From: an uncultured Eubacterium sp.
GTDB lineage: Bacteria > Bacillota > Clostridia > Lachnospirales > CAG-274
Direction of reading: 5' to 3'
DNA: 60,885 nt
Assembly (NCBI GenBank): GCA_900543365.1
Contig: UQRG01000001.1
Coordinates: 1-60,885 of the forward strand
The notes below the pieces were generated by a model. The model saw only the letters and a program-made list of their open reading frames with translations, had not been told where the DNA came from and made no database searches. The translations under genes and the position numbers were made by a program. Shown here in pieces: positions 43,715 through 53,115 of the stretch (its first letter is position 1; the number at the start of each line of letters is the position of its first letter).

Positions 43715-45529
43715 CTATTCTTCATCAAGTTTTAACACACTCATAAATGCTGCCTGTGGTACTTCTACGCTACCAATCTGACGCATTCTCTTTTTACCTT
43801 CCTTCTGTTTTTCAAGAAGTTTTTTCTTTCTAGTAATATCGCCACCATAACACTTAGCAAGTACATCTTTTCTAACAGCAGATATTGTTTCTCTAGCAAT
43901 AATTTTATTACCAATAGCTGCTTGAATAGGAATTTCAAACTGATGTCTTGGTATTTCTTTTTTAAGTTTTTCAGCCATTTTTCTACCCTTTTCAGCAGCA
44001 GAATCCTCGTGAACAATAAAGCTCAAAGCATCAACAACCTCTCTATTTACAAGCATATCAAGTTTAACAAGTCTGCTTTCTTCATAACCAATAAGCTCAT
44101 AATCAAATGACGCATAGCCTCTTGAACGAGATTTAAGCACATCAAAAAAGTCATATATAATTTCATTAAGAGGAAGTTTATAAGTAAGTACAGCTCTTGT
44201 TTTTTCAAGATATTCCATACCCTCATACTCACCTCGTCTTTGCTGACAAAGTTCCATAATTGTACCAATATATTCACTAGGAAGAATAATTTCTGCCCTA
44301 ACAATAGGTTCTTCCATTTTAAGTATTGTTGTTGGGTCTGGCAAATCTGACGGATTAGAAAGGTCAATAACCGTACCATCAGTTAAATATACCTTGTAAA
44401 TAACAGATGGTGCTGTTGTAACAAGGTCAAGATTATACTCCCTTTCAAGTCTTTCCTGAACAATTTCAAGGTGAAGAAGTCCCAAGAAGCCACAACGGAA
44501 ACCAAAACCTAACGCAATAGAAGTTTCTGCTTCAAAGTTAAGAGCAGCATCATTAAGCTGAAGTTTTTCAAGGGCATCTCTCAAGTCGCCATATTTTGCG
44601 CCATCAGCAGGGAAAATACCACAATAAACCATTGAATTAACCTTTTTATAACCTGGTAATGGTTCGGCAACAGGATTTCTAGCATCAGTTACAGTATCAC
44701 CAATTCTTGTATCTCTAACATTTTTGATACTAGCTGTAAAGTAACCAACATCACCAGCTTTAAGTTCTTCAACTGGTATATACTGTCCAGGGCCAAATAC
44801 ACCAACTTCAACAACATCAAACTCTGTATTTGTCGCCATAAACCTAACCTTAGAGCCTTTTTTAATTTTACCGTCAAATATACGCATAAATACAATAACA
44901 CCCTTATAGCTATCATAAAAGCTATCAAATATAAGTGCTTTTAAAGGTGCGTCTTCATCACCATTAGGTGCTGGTAAATCCTTTATAATTTTATCAAAAA
45001 CTTGGTCAATGTTAATATTAGCTTTAGCCGAAATAAGGGGAGCTTCGCTTGAATCTAAACCAATAACATCTTCAATTTCTGCCTTTACTCTATCCGGGTC
45101 TGCACTTGGCAAATCAATTTTATTAATAACTGGCAAAATCTCAAGATTATTATCAAGAGCAAGGTAAACATTAGCAAGAGTCTGTGCCTCAACACCTTGA
45201 GCAGCATCTACAACAAGAACAGCACCATCACAAGCTGCCAAACTTCTTGAAACCTCATAGTTAAAGTCAACATGACCTGGTGTATCTATAAGATTTAATG
45301 TATATTCCTCACCGTCAGCAGTTTTATAAATAAGACGAACTGCCTGAGCCTTAATTGTAATACCTCTTTCTCTCTCCAAATCCATATTGTCAAGAACTTG
45401 TGCCTGCATTTCTCTTTCAGTAAGCAAACCAGACTGCTGTATAAGTCTATCAGCCAAGGTAGACTTTCCGTGGTCAATGTGGGCAATTATGCTGAAATTT
45501 CTGATTTTAGACTGTCTATCTGAACTCAT
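43715..45529 (-). CDS. lepA: Translation elongation factor 4 (LepA)
   Basis: '[18 protein letters not shown]', 'DTPGHVDF', 'NKID', and the LepA-specific C-terminal domain ending '...AFMSVLKLD'. Confidence 0.97.
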   Translation of the reverse strand: MSSDRQSKIRNFSIIAHIDHGKSTLADRLIQQSGLLTEREMQAQVLDNMDLERERGITIKAQAVRLIYKTADGEEYTLNLIDTPGHVDFNYEVSRSLAACDGAVLVVDAAQGVEAQTLANVYLALDNNLEILPVINKIDLPSADPDRVKAEIEDVIGLDSSEAPLISAKANINIDQVFDKIIKDLPAPNGDEDAPLKALIFDSFYDSYKGVIVFMRIFDGKIKKGSKVRFMATNTEFDVVEVGVFGPGQYIPVEELKAGDVGYFTASIKNVRDTRIGDTVTDARNPVAEPLPGYKKVNSMVYCGIFPADGAKYGDLRDALEKLQLNDAALNFEAETSIALGFGFRCGFLGLLHLEIVQERLEREYNLDLVTTAPSVIYKVYLTDGTVIDLSNPSDLPDPTTILKMEEPIVRAEIILPSEYIGTIMELCQQRRGEYEGMEYLEKTRAVLTYKLPLNEIIYDFFDVLKSRSRGYASFDYELIGYEESRLVKLDMLVNREVVDALSFIVHEDSAAEKGRKMAEKLKKEIPRHQFEIPIQAAIGNKIIARETISAVRKDVLAKCYGGDITRKKKLLEKQKEGKKRMRQIGSVEVPQAAFMSVLKLDEE

Positions 45530-45609
45530 AATTTTATCTCCTAGTTAAATTTTTTCTTATCTTCTAATAATTTAGTATAACATATTTAAAAGGAATTTAA
45601 AAGATATTT

Positions 45610-46950
45610 TTATTTCATTGAAATACCCTTTCTCCAATTTCCTTTTAAATAAAATATAAAACTTAAAATTGTAGCAATTGTCCAACCAAAAGGCCAACTA
45701 AGCCATATACCAGTTGCACTATCCATAATATCTGAGAATATAAAGGCAAGTATAACTCTTAATATTAAGTCTAAAAATGTACTTGTAGTAAAAGCAAGCA
45801 TTGCTCCAGCACCACGCATAAGACCATCAACAACAATTTTAGCTGAAATCATAATATAAAATGGAGCAATAATTTTTAAGAAAAGCATACCATATTTAAT
45901 AGCCTCAATGCTGTCTGCTGTCATAAACAAACCTAAAGCTTGTCTACCAAAAACAACAAAGGCAATTAAAAATGGAACTACAATACAAAAACAAAATATA
46001 AGACTTGTTTTAAGTCCTTGCTTAACTCTATTAAATTTGCCAGCACCAACATTTTGAGCAGCAAATGTAGACATAGCATTGCCAATAGTTGTAAAACTAG
46101 TAAGAGCAAATGTATTAAGCTTAACACCGGCAGAATATCCGGCAATAACAGACGAGCCAAAAGAATTGACTCTACCTTGTATAAATATATTTCCAACTGA
46201 AATAAAACTTTGCTGTAAAATACTAGGTACAGCTATATATGTAACTCTAGCAAACATTGGAAGTGAAAAATATTCTGTTATTTTTTCATTATCAACACTT
46301 TTTATTCTTATAACAAGACTAACCATAGCTAATAAACAAGCAATACCTTGAGCAATAAATGTTGCCCAAGCCACACCAGCAACACCCCAATTAAATACTG
46401 CTACAAATAAAATATCAAGAAAAATATTACCTACTGATGAACCTATAAGAAAAATAAGGGGAGTCTTTGAATCTCCTAAAGAAGTAAACACACCATTAGC
46501 TACATTGTACAAAAACAGAAAAATAAATCCAAGCATATAAATATTAAAATATAACTTGCTGTCATTAAAGATATTAGACGGTGTATTTATTATATTCATT
46601 ATAAAATTACTAGCTAATATACCAATAGCAGAAAGTACAATTGAAATAATTGTACTGGCTATAACAGTTGTTGAAACTGCTGTTTTAACTTTGCCATATT
46701 CTCTAGCACCAAAAAGCTGAGAAATAACAACACTACAGCCTATATTGCTGCCCATAGCTATTGCCATAAACACCATAGTAACTGGATATGAAGCACCAAC
46801 AGCAGCAAGAGCAGCTTCCCCTGCAAACCTACCTGCTATAATACTATCTGCCATATTATAAAACTGTTGAAAAACAGCACTTATAAACATAGGCAGAGAA
46901 AAATCTATTAAAACCTTTGAAGGATTGCCTTCTGTTAAATCCTTTATCAC
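45610..46950 (-). CDS. MATE-family efflux transporter
   Basis: 446 aa, 12 predicted TM. N-terminal 'LTEGNPSKVLIDFSLPMFISAVFQQFYNMADSIIAGR' is typical of MATE/NorM. GTG start. Confidence 0.88.
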   Translation of the reverse strand: MIKDLTEGNPSKVLIDFSLPMFISAVFQQFYNMADSIIAGRFAGEAALAAVGASYPVTMVFMAIAMGSNIGCSVVISQLFGAREYGKVKTAVSTTVIASTIISIVLSAIGILASNFIMNIINTPSNIFNDSKLYFNIYMLGFIFLFLYNVANGVFTSLGDSKTPLIFLIGSSVGNIFLDILFVAVFNWGVAGVAWATFIAQGIACLLAMVSLVIRIKSVDNEKITEYFSLPMFARVTYIAVPSILQQSFISVGNIFIQGRVNSFGSSVIAGYSAGVKLNTFALTSFTTIGNAMSTFAAQNVGAGKFNRVKQGLKTSLIFCFCIVVPFLIAFVVFGRQALGLFMTADSIEAIKYGMLFLKIIAPFYIMISAKIVVDGLMRGAGAMLAFTTSTFLDLILRVILAFIFSDIMDSATGIWLSWPFGWTIATILSFIFYLKGNWRKGISMK

Positions 46951-46982
46951 TTTTCCATCTTCTCCCTATCTTAATATAATAT

Positions 46983-47016
46983 AAAACAAAGCAACCGAAG
47001 TCATTTCTTCGGCTGC
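46983..47016 (-). terminator. Terminator after yfhO
   Basis: GCA(A/G)CCGAAG-TCATTT-CTTCGGCTGC hairpin, followed on the minus strand by TTTGTTTTAT. Confidence 0.75.
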
Positions 47017-47026
47017 TTAATTTTAA

Positions 47027-49762
47027 TTATCTCTTCTTTTTATTTTTCTTGTTAAACTTGTTATTAGCTATAGTTTCATTTACTTCAGCATCAAAAGCCG
47101 CAGCAGCAACAAGTTTAAGCTCTTTCTTTTTCTTAACCTTATTATCCACAAGAGTATACAACACAGCCAATATAAGACCTACAAGTGAAATAACCAATGA
47201 AGGAATAAGGCCCTTTGACTTAAACTGGAATACAACAGTATGCTCGCCAGCAGGAACATCTACACCAATTACACCATTATTGCCAATAGAAACCTTATCA
47301 ACAGCCTTACCATCTACATTAACTTTCCAACCATCCACATAAGGAATAGATGTAAATATAACACCATCTGTAGGAGAATTAACTGTACCTTCAATGTGGA
47401 TATCCTCAAATTTGGTAATGTTATAAGTATTTTGATTTAACTTATCATAAGCCTCTTGGAATACTGAATCATTATAACTTGCTGCATAAATCTTAACAGT
47501 ACCAGTTTTTCTATAAGTCTTTTCAAACTCACCTTTGTTAGTAAGAGCAAATTCAACATTAATAGTTTCACCAGCACTAACATAACCAATATCAAACAAA
47601 CTCTTACCAGCAGAAAGTTCTCTATCCTCATTAGCTGTATTGGTCTGATACTTAACTCTCTTAGCATTACCAGCATCAACATATACATAAACATACTGGT
47701 CTTTATCTGAAGTAAATGTTGCCTTAACAGTTGGCTCAAGAGAAAGATTAGCTGGGTCAGTAAGCTCATACTTAAAACTATTATCATCTATCTGTTCAGT
47801 TACATTCATAAATGTTTTCTCAACACTATCAGCCTTAATAGGAGTAAACATATCTTTGTTTATACCAGCACCTTGCTTAATAAAATTATTCTGAACTTCA
47901 AATGGCTGAGAATCCTCTGTCTGCCAATTCTTAATATCAGAATTAACTATAAATCCTAAAGGAAGTACTCTGTCATTTCTATATACCCAAACATTATTAA
48001 ACTGCTGTTCAAATACATATCTTTCTTTATTAATTTCTCCGTCCTTATTCATAACATATTTAATATCAAACATAGCATCAACAAGTGGAGTAGGGTCATA
48101 ATATCTGTAACTGTTACCAGTAGCAGCAATACCTAAATTACCAATAAAATCTGATATGCCACCCGGAGCAAGAGATGAAAACTGTGAAAATCCTCTATAA
48201 TGATAAAGTGCCGCATCATTAATAGAAGTAAATCTTCTAAATTCTGTACGGTAAAAGTTTCCATTTTCTTTATCGTTCATATAATCAACAGCTTCATCTG
48301 CACCGTCAATATACTTAACATAAGCCTCTCTGTCAGTTGTTCTGTCAAGTCCCTGTTCACTAGAGAACATACACTCAGCAAATACACAAACAAATATTAC
48401 GCCTAAAATTCCACCTATCATTTCTGGTTTTGCTTTTGAATAAGCATATATAAAATATGAATAGCCAATCATTGCTACAATGTTAATAATAATATCACTA
48501 TTAGATAATACTCTGTCAATATCAGAAATAGCCGGTACCATAACAAACTCTGTAACAAGAATAACTATAGTATAGAATATACCTGCGTATACAACAAATT
48601 CAAACTTACAACTTTTAATATTAAGTAAACCCTTATAAGCAATATATAGCATAATAAAGCTGTAAATAAATGTATATCTGTGTGGCAAGTTAGATGGGAA
48701 ATGCATACCGTGTATTAAAAAGTCCAAAGGCTTAATACAAGCACAAAGGAGCATAAATATTAACAAAGCAGACATTAACCACTTTTCTCTCTTATTTATC
48801 TTTGTATTAAAGAAGTAGAGAGGAATAAGCATCATTGTTATTACACCACTATAAACATTAGGAAGGTCCTCATTTCTAGCAAGTACAACAGGTCTTGCAC
48901 CTATAAAATGATTAGTAATAAGCTGATATATATTCTGATAAATTTCAAACTTAGGGAATTTTGTATCACTTGTTGCTGTCTGACCTAAAGCAATAGCAAC
49001 AGGAGCTAAAATAAACATAGCTGTTAAGGCAGCAATAATTGAAACTATTGCAAACTTAACCATTCTAGCTATCATAACACTTTTATTTCTTTTCCACTCA
49101 TAATTAGCAAAAAGAACCACAATAAAATAAGCAGCAGTAAATACACAAACAAGAACAGCCATATAGAAGTTTACAATCATAGTAAGTGTAATAGCTACAT
49201 AGTATAAAATATGCTTATTCTCGTGTATAAGTCTTTCAACACCAAGAGCTACAATAGGGAATAATGCAACTGAATCAAGCCACATTACATTCCAGTAATA
49301 ACCAGTCATAAAAGCTGTAAAAGCATAAAGTAAACCAAAAATTAAAATAGATAAATCATTTTTCTTAAAATGTTCTTTCAAATAATATGAGAAAAATGAT
49401 GCACTAAAACAAGTCTTAATAAGTATAAAGAAAGCTAACGCCTCAGGTAAAAGTTTTTGAGGAAAAAGCAATATTAAAAAGCTTATAGGTGAAGCTGTAT
49501 AATAAGCCATCTGGGTTACAAACTCTTTACCTAAACCACCTTCCCAACTGTACAAAAGACTTTGACCATTAAGTATACGACTTCTTAATTCCTCGTGGAA
49601 TGGTGCATACTGATGATAAAGGTCAACCTTTAACACAATTTGGTCACCAAAAGGATAAACATGTCTTAATATGTATGTAATACACATAATAATGGCAGTA
49701 CACACAAATGCACCAATAACAAATCTATTGGCAACAAACCAATTTTCTTTTTTGTTTTCCAT
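47027..49762 (-). CDS. yfhO: YfhO-family polytopic membrane glycosyltransferase (GT-C-like)
   Basis: 911 aa: about 13 N-terminal TMs, a large extracytoplasmic domain, a C-terminal TM and a basic tail. It is the last gene of a csbB-gtrA-yfhO arrangement, and its RBS overlaps the gtrA stop. Confidence 0.8.
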   Translation of the reverse strand: MENKKENWFVANRFVIGAFVCTAIIMCITYILRHVYPFGDQIVLKVDLYHQYAPFHEELRSRILNGQSLLYSWEGGLGKEFVTQMAYYTASPISFLILLFPQKLLPEALAFFILIKTCFSASFFSYYLKEHFKKNDLSILIFGLLYAFTAFMTGYYWNVMWLDSVALFPIVALGVERLIHENKHILYYVAITLTMIVNFYMAVLVCVFTAAYFIVVLFANYEWKRNKSVMIARMVKFAIVSIIAALTAMFILAPVAIALGQTATSDTKFPKFEIYQNIYQLITNHFIGARPVVLARNEDLPNVYSGVITMMLIPLYFFNTKINKREKWLMSALLIFMLLCACIKPLDFLIHGMHFPSNLPHRYTFIYSFIMLYIAYKGLLNIKSCKFEFVVYAGIFYTIVILVTEFVMVPAISDIDRVLSNSDIIINIVAMIGYSYFIYAYSKAKPEMIGGILGVIFVCVFAECMFSSEQGLDRTTDREAYVKYIDGADEAVDYMNDKENGNFYRTEFRRFTSINDAALYHYRGFSQFSSLAPGGISDFIGNLGIAATGNSYRYYDPTPLVDAMFDIKYVMNKDGEINKERYVFEQQFNNVWVYRNDRVLPLGFIVNSDIKNWQTEDSQPFEVQNNFIKQGAGINKDMFTPIKADSVEKTFMNVTEQIDDNSFKYELTDPANLSLEPTVKATFTSDKDQYVYVYVDAGNAKRVKYQTNTANEDRELSAGKSLFDIGYVSAGETINVEFALTNKGEFEKTYRKTGTVKIYAASYNDSVFQEAYDKLNQNTYNITKFEDIHIEGTVNSPTDGVIFTSIPYVDGWKVNVDGKAVDKVSIGNNGVIGVDVPAGEHTVVFQFKSKGLIPSLVISLVGLILAVLYTLVDNKVKKKKELKLVAAAAFDAEVNETIANNKFNKKNKKKR

Positions 49763-49776
49763 AAAAAAATATCTCC

Positions 49777-50211
49777 TTACTTATTTTTAAATATAAATAA
49801 TTTACTAAATACATAATTCATAACTACAATGCCAAATTGTGCCCCAATTTTACAAAGACTATCGTTAATATGTAAAAGTCCCACTGTCACATTCATCCAC
49901 ACTATTTCAAATAATAAGGATACTATTCTTGCCCCTACAAAGGAGGGTATTTCCTTTAAAAGCACCTTAATTTCAACAGACTTAGACTGAAAAACGAAAA
50001 ACTTGTTTGTAACAAAGGCAAAGGCAACAGCTATAATCCAACTACCTACATTTGCAATATTCATTTGGAGCTGTGAAAGCTCACCACCACCAGTAAGCAA
50101 TAGTTTTATTGCTTCATAGCTTACAAGACAAACAATGGTAGTCAACACGCCAAAAACAAGATAGCTTATAGTTTCTCTATTGCAAACTTTATTTATTAAT
50201 GTTTTTAACAT
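49777..50211 (-). CDS. GtrA-family membrane protein (putative lipid-linked sugar flippase)
   Basis: 144 aa, 4 TM, 'NKFFVFQS' GtrA-like motif. Confidence 0.8.
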   Translation of the reverse strand: MLKTLINKVCNRETISYLVFGVLTTIVCLVSYEAIKLLLTGGGELSQLQMNIANVGSWIIAVAFAFVTNKFFVFQSKSVEIKVLLKEIPSFVGARIVSLLFEIVWMNVTVGLLHINDSLCKIGAQFGIVVMNYVFSKLFIFKNK

Positions 50212-50213
50212 AA

Positions 50214-51164
50214 TTACCTCCTGTAGTCATTAACAGGCTCGCTAATATTAGTTTTGCCTATAATATATACAGGTCTGTTTTTAACCTCAAGATATATTTT
50301 AGCAACATACTCTCCTAAAATGCCACAACAAAGCATAATACAACCACCTAAAAACAACATTATAGCTATAATAGATGCATATCCCGGAAAATCTTTGCCG
50401 TGAACAAGAGTCTTAATTACAACATACAAAAGATAAATAAATGAAGATGTTGAAACCAAAGTACCTAAATAAATGGCAAGTTTTAATGGTACAGTTGAAA
50501 AAGCTGTAATACCCTCTATTGCATATTTAAAAAGTCCCCAAAAACTCCACTTAGTTTCGCCTGCCGCTCTTTCTACATCTTCAAAGTCAATCCACTTAGT
50601 ATTAAAGCCTACCCAGCTAAATATACCCTTACTAAAACGCTGGACTTCACCCATTGATACAACAGCAGAAATCATTTGTCTACTCATCATTCTAAAATCA
50701 CCAGCACCATCAGGCATATCTACATCAGATATTTTATTTACAAACTTATAAAACCCTCTTGTAAAAAGTGTTCTCAAAAATGGGTCACCATCTCTTGTGG
50801 CTCTGTTTGTTGCACAGCAGTCATAACCTTCTTCCATTACCTTAAGCATATCAGGTATAAGGGCTGGTGGGTGCTGTAAGTCTGCATCCATAACTACTGC
50901 ATAATCACCCTTTGAGTTTTTAAGTCCAGCAAACATAGCTGACTCCTTACCAAAATTTCTTGAAAAAGAAATGTACTTTACTCTTTCATCCTTTTCAGCA
51001 AGTTCTTTCATTATTGACAAAGTGTCATCCTTGCTACCGTCGTCTATAAATATAAAGTTAAAATCATAGTTTTTTATAGAATTTATTACTCTGCAACTTT
51101 CATCATAAAACATCTTAAGCACAGCAGATTCGTTATAGCAAGGGACTATTAATTCAACAAGCAT
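50214..51164 (-). CDS. Family-2 glycosyltransferase, CsbB/GtrB-like (undecaprenyl-phosphate sugar transferase)
   Basis: 'IVPCYNE', 'IFIDDGSKD', 'MDADLQHPP', and two C-terminal TMs. 316 aa. Confidence 0.88.
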   Translation of the reverse strand: MLVELIVPCYNESAVLKMFYDESCRVINSIKNYDFNFIFIDDGSKDDTLSIMKELAEKDERVKYISFSRNFGKESAMFAGLKNSKGDYAVVMDADLQHPPALIPDMLKVMEEGYDCCATNRATRDGDPFLRTLFTRGFYKFVNKISDVDMPDGAGDFRMMSRQMISAVVSMGEVQRFSKGIFSWVGFNTKWIDFEDVERAAGETKWSFWGLFKYAIEGITAFSTVPLKLAIYLGTLVSTSSFIYLLYVVIKTLVHGKDFPGYASIIAIMLFLGGCIMLCCGILGEYVAKIYLEVKNRPVYIIGKTNISEPVNDYRR

Positions 51165-51250
51165 AAGAGTCTCCTTTCTTATTATTTAGACATACATAAT
51201 TATTTTACCCCAAAACAGAAAATATAGCAATAAAATTTTATATTTTTTAT

Positions 51251-51277
51251 AAAAAAATGACTACCTTTCGGTAGTCA
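51251..51277 (-). terminator. Terminator after the G5/3D gene
   Basis: TGACTACC-TTTC-GGTAGTCA hairpin, followed on the minus strand by T7. Confidence 0.8.
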
Positions 51278-51291
51278 CAATTTTTAAAACA

Positions 51292-52026
51292 TTATTTTAA
51301 AATATAAACCTTAACATTTGTATGACCAAAACCAGACTTTAAAGCTGCCTGATGTGAACCATAGCAAAGGTCGATTCTGTTGCCCTTAATAGCTCCTCCT
51401 GTATCTGCTGCGATACAATAGCCATAACCCTCAACATAAAGCTTTGTACCAAGAGGTATAACTCTTGTGTCAACAGCAGCTACACCGTAACCAGCCTTCA
51501 TTCCGTTAGCTGTATAGCCGTTAGCATATGAACCACAACACTGTGAACAAGGACAATAAGCTGTTGCGTTCATTGTAAGTACCTTAGAATACTCAACTGT
51601 ACTTGTATTAGGCACAATTTCAACTTTCTTAGTACCCTCTAAAATAATTTCATCTACTGGCTCGGAAATAACTTCTTCAGCAACGTTTACATCTGCAACT
51701 TCACCACTAACATACTTAGTTACCTCTGTAATTTTGTTGATGCCATTAACACCTTCTTGAGCAACCTTAGTTGTTCCCTTAGTTAAACTATCAGTCTGCT
51801 TAGTGATTGTAGTGTAAGGAACTTCTTTACTGCTTACCTTTACTTCACTTTTTTCAGCATTTGTATCTACATCGTTTGTCTGATAATAGATAACTTTACT
51901 CTTAGCTTCATCAGTGTAATTAACAGAATTTGCCACAAAAACATTTTCTGCTGCTGAAGCTGATGTTGGTAATATAGCTGTTACAGTCATCATAATAGCT
52001 GCACAACTTACAAATTTCTTTAACAT
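51292..52026 (-). CDS. Secreted G5 + 3D domain protein (YabE/Rpf-like cell-wall protein)
   Basis: Signal peptide; G5-like 'VPYTTITKQTDSLTKGTTKVAQEGVNGINKI'; 3D-domain C-terminus 'ATAYCPC..C.G...TANG...GVAAVDTRVIPLGTKLYVEGYG...ADTGGAIKGNRIDL'. Confidence 0.85.
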   Translation of the reverse strand: MLKKFVSCAAIMMTVTAILPTSASAAENVFVANSVNYTDEAKSKVIYYQTNDVDTNAEKSEVKVSSKEVPYTTITKQTDSLTKGTTKVAQEGVNGINKITEVTKYVSGEVADVNVAEEVISEPVDEIILEGTKKVEIVPNTSTVEYSKVLTMNATAYCPCSQCCGSYANGYTANGMKAGYGVAAVDTRVIPLGTKLYVEGYGYCIAADTGGAIKGNRIDLCYGSHQAALKSGFGHTNVKVYILK

Positions 52027-52284
52027 AAATATCCTCCCGTATGGAATGCAACAATTTTGTAATAATTTGTTAAGTATTTCTTACAAAAATGTCAGCCACA
52101 GTTTTATTATAAAATTCGACTGGATTCCTTATTGGTTGTTTTAGTAACATTTTCGCTGGATTTTATAAAAAAATCACAAAAATATAAGCTAGTTGGATTT
52201 AAGCACAACCTAGAACATTAAATCTCAACATCACTTGCAACATCTATCTTAACACATTTGTAATAATTATGCAACAACTTTTTT

Positions 52285-53040
52285 TCACCAAAATATTTCC
52301 TTTGCGTTTTGGGCTGTTATTTTACATACTTCTTCAGGAGTAATTTGTTTAATTTCCCCAATTTTTTCAGCAATATATTTAAGATTTTGTGAGTTATTAA
52401 CAGCACCTCTAAAAGGCACTGGTGATAAATATGGCGAATCTGTTTCAAGTAAAATTTTATTAATCGGAACAAATCTAACCACATCGACTAACTTTTTTGC
52501 ATTCTTAAATGTTACAACTCCACCTACACCAATATTAAAACCCATATCAATATAGTCTTTTGCCATTTCTACACTACCACTAAAAGCGTGAATTGAGCCT
52601 TTTCTTACATTACTACTCTTAATAATATCAAAAGTTTCTTGAGATGCATCTCTTGAATGAATACTAACTGGCAAGTCCAATTCTGATGCCAAATCTAACT
52701 GTCTTTTAAACCAATATCTTTGTTTTTCTTTAGTTGAATAGTCATAGTGATAGTCAAGACCAATTTCTCCTATAGCAACAACTTTTTCATACTCTGCATA
52801 CTTTCTTAGTGTTTCAATATCATTATCTGTCATATTTTCTACTTCTGTTGGGTGTACCCCTACAGCAGCATATATAAATTCATACTTTTTCGCTAAATCT
52901 ATACTCTTTTTAGAAGTATCCATATCAGAACCTATATTAATAATGTAGTCTACACCATTTGAATGCATTTCTTCTATAAGAATATCTCTGTTTTCATTAA
53001 ACTTTTCATCTTCATAATGAGCGTGAGTATCAAAATACAT
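52285..53040 (-). CDS. TatD-family metal-dependent hydrolase/DNase
   Basis: 'YFDTHAH', 'EIGLDYHY', 'SIHSRDA', 'LLETDSPYL'. Confidence 0.93.
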   Translation of the reverse strand: MYFDTHAHYEDEKFNENRDILIEEMHSNGVDYIINIGSDMDTSKKSIDLAKKYEFIYAAVGVHPTEVENMTDNDIETLRKYAEYEKVVAIGEIGLDYHYDYSTKEKQRYWFKRQLDLASELDLPVSIHSRDASQETFDIIKSSNVRKGSIHAFSGSVEMAKDYIDMGFNIGVGGVVTFKNAKKLVDVVRFVPINKILLETDSPYLSPVPFRGAVNNSQNLKYIAEKIGEIKQITPEEVCKITAQNAKEIFW

Positions 53041-53077
53041 TTTCTATCTCCTTTATTTTTAATTTTATTTATAAATA

Positions 53078-53100
53078 ACAAAAGAGTCCAAAAGGACTCT
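53078..53100 (-). terminator. Terminator after metG
   Basis: AGAGTCC-AAAA-GGACTCT hairpin, followed on the minus strand by TTTTGTTATTT. Confidence 0.7.
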
Positions 53101-53115
53101 CTTGTATAATATCAA

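Noticed and set aside
52027-52284. c-di-AMP (ydaO) or c-di-GMP riboswitch in the long leader of the G5/3D gene.
   Set aside because: The conserved G-rich cores (GGGGACCC / GGGGUGAAUC / CCGAAUCC, or the GEMM GCAAA/GGCAAA elements) are absent. Only short AATCCAG-type repeats are present.
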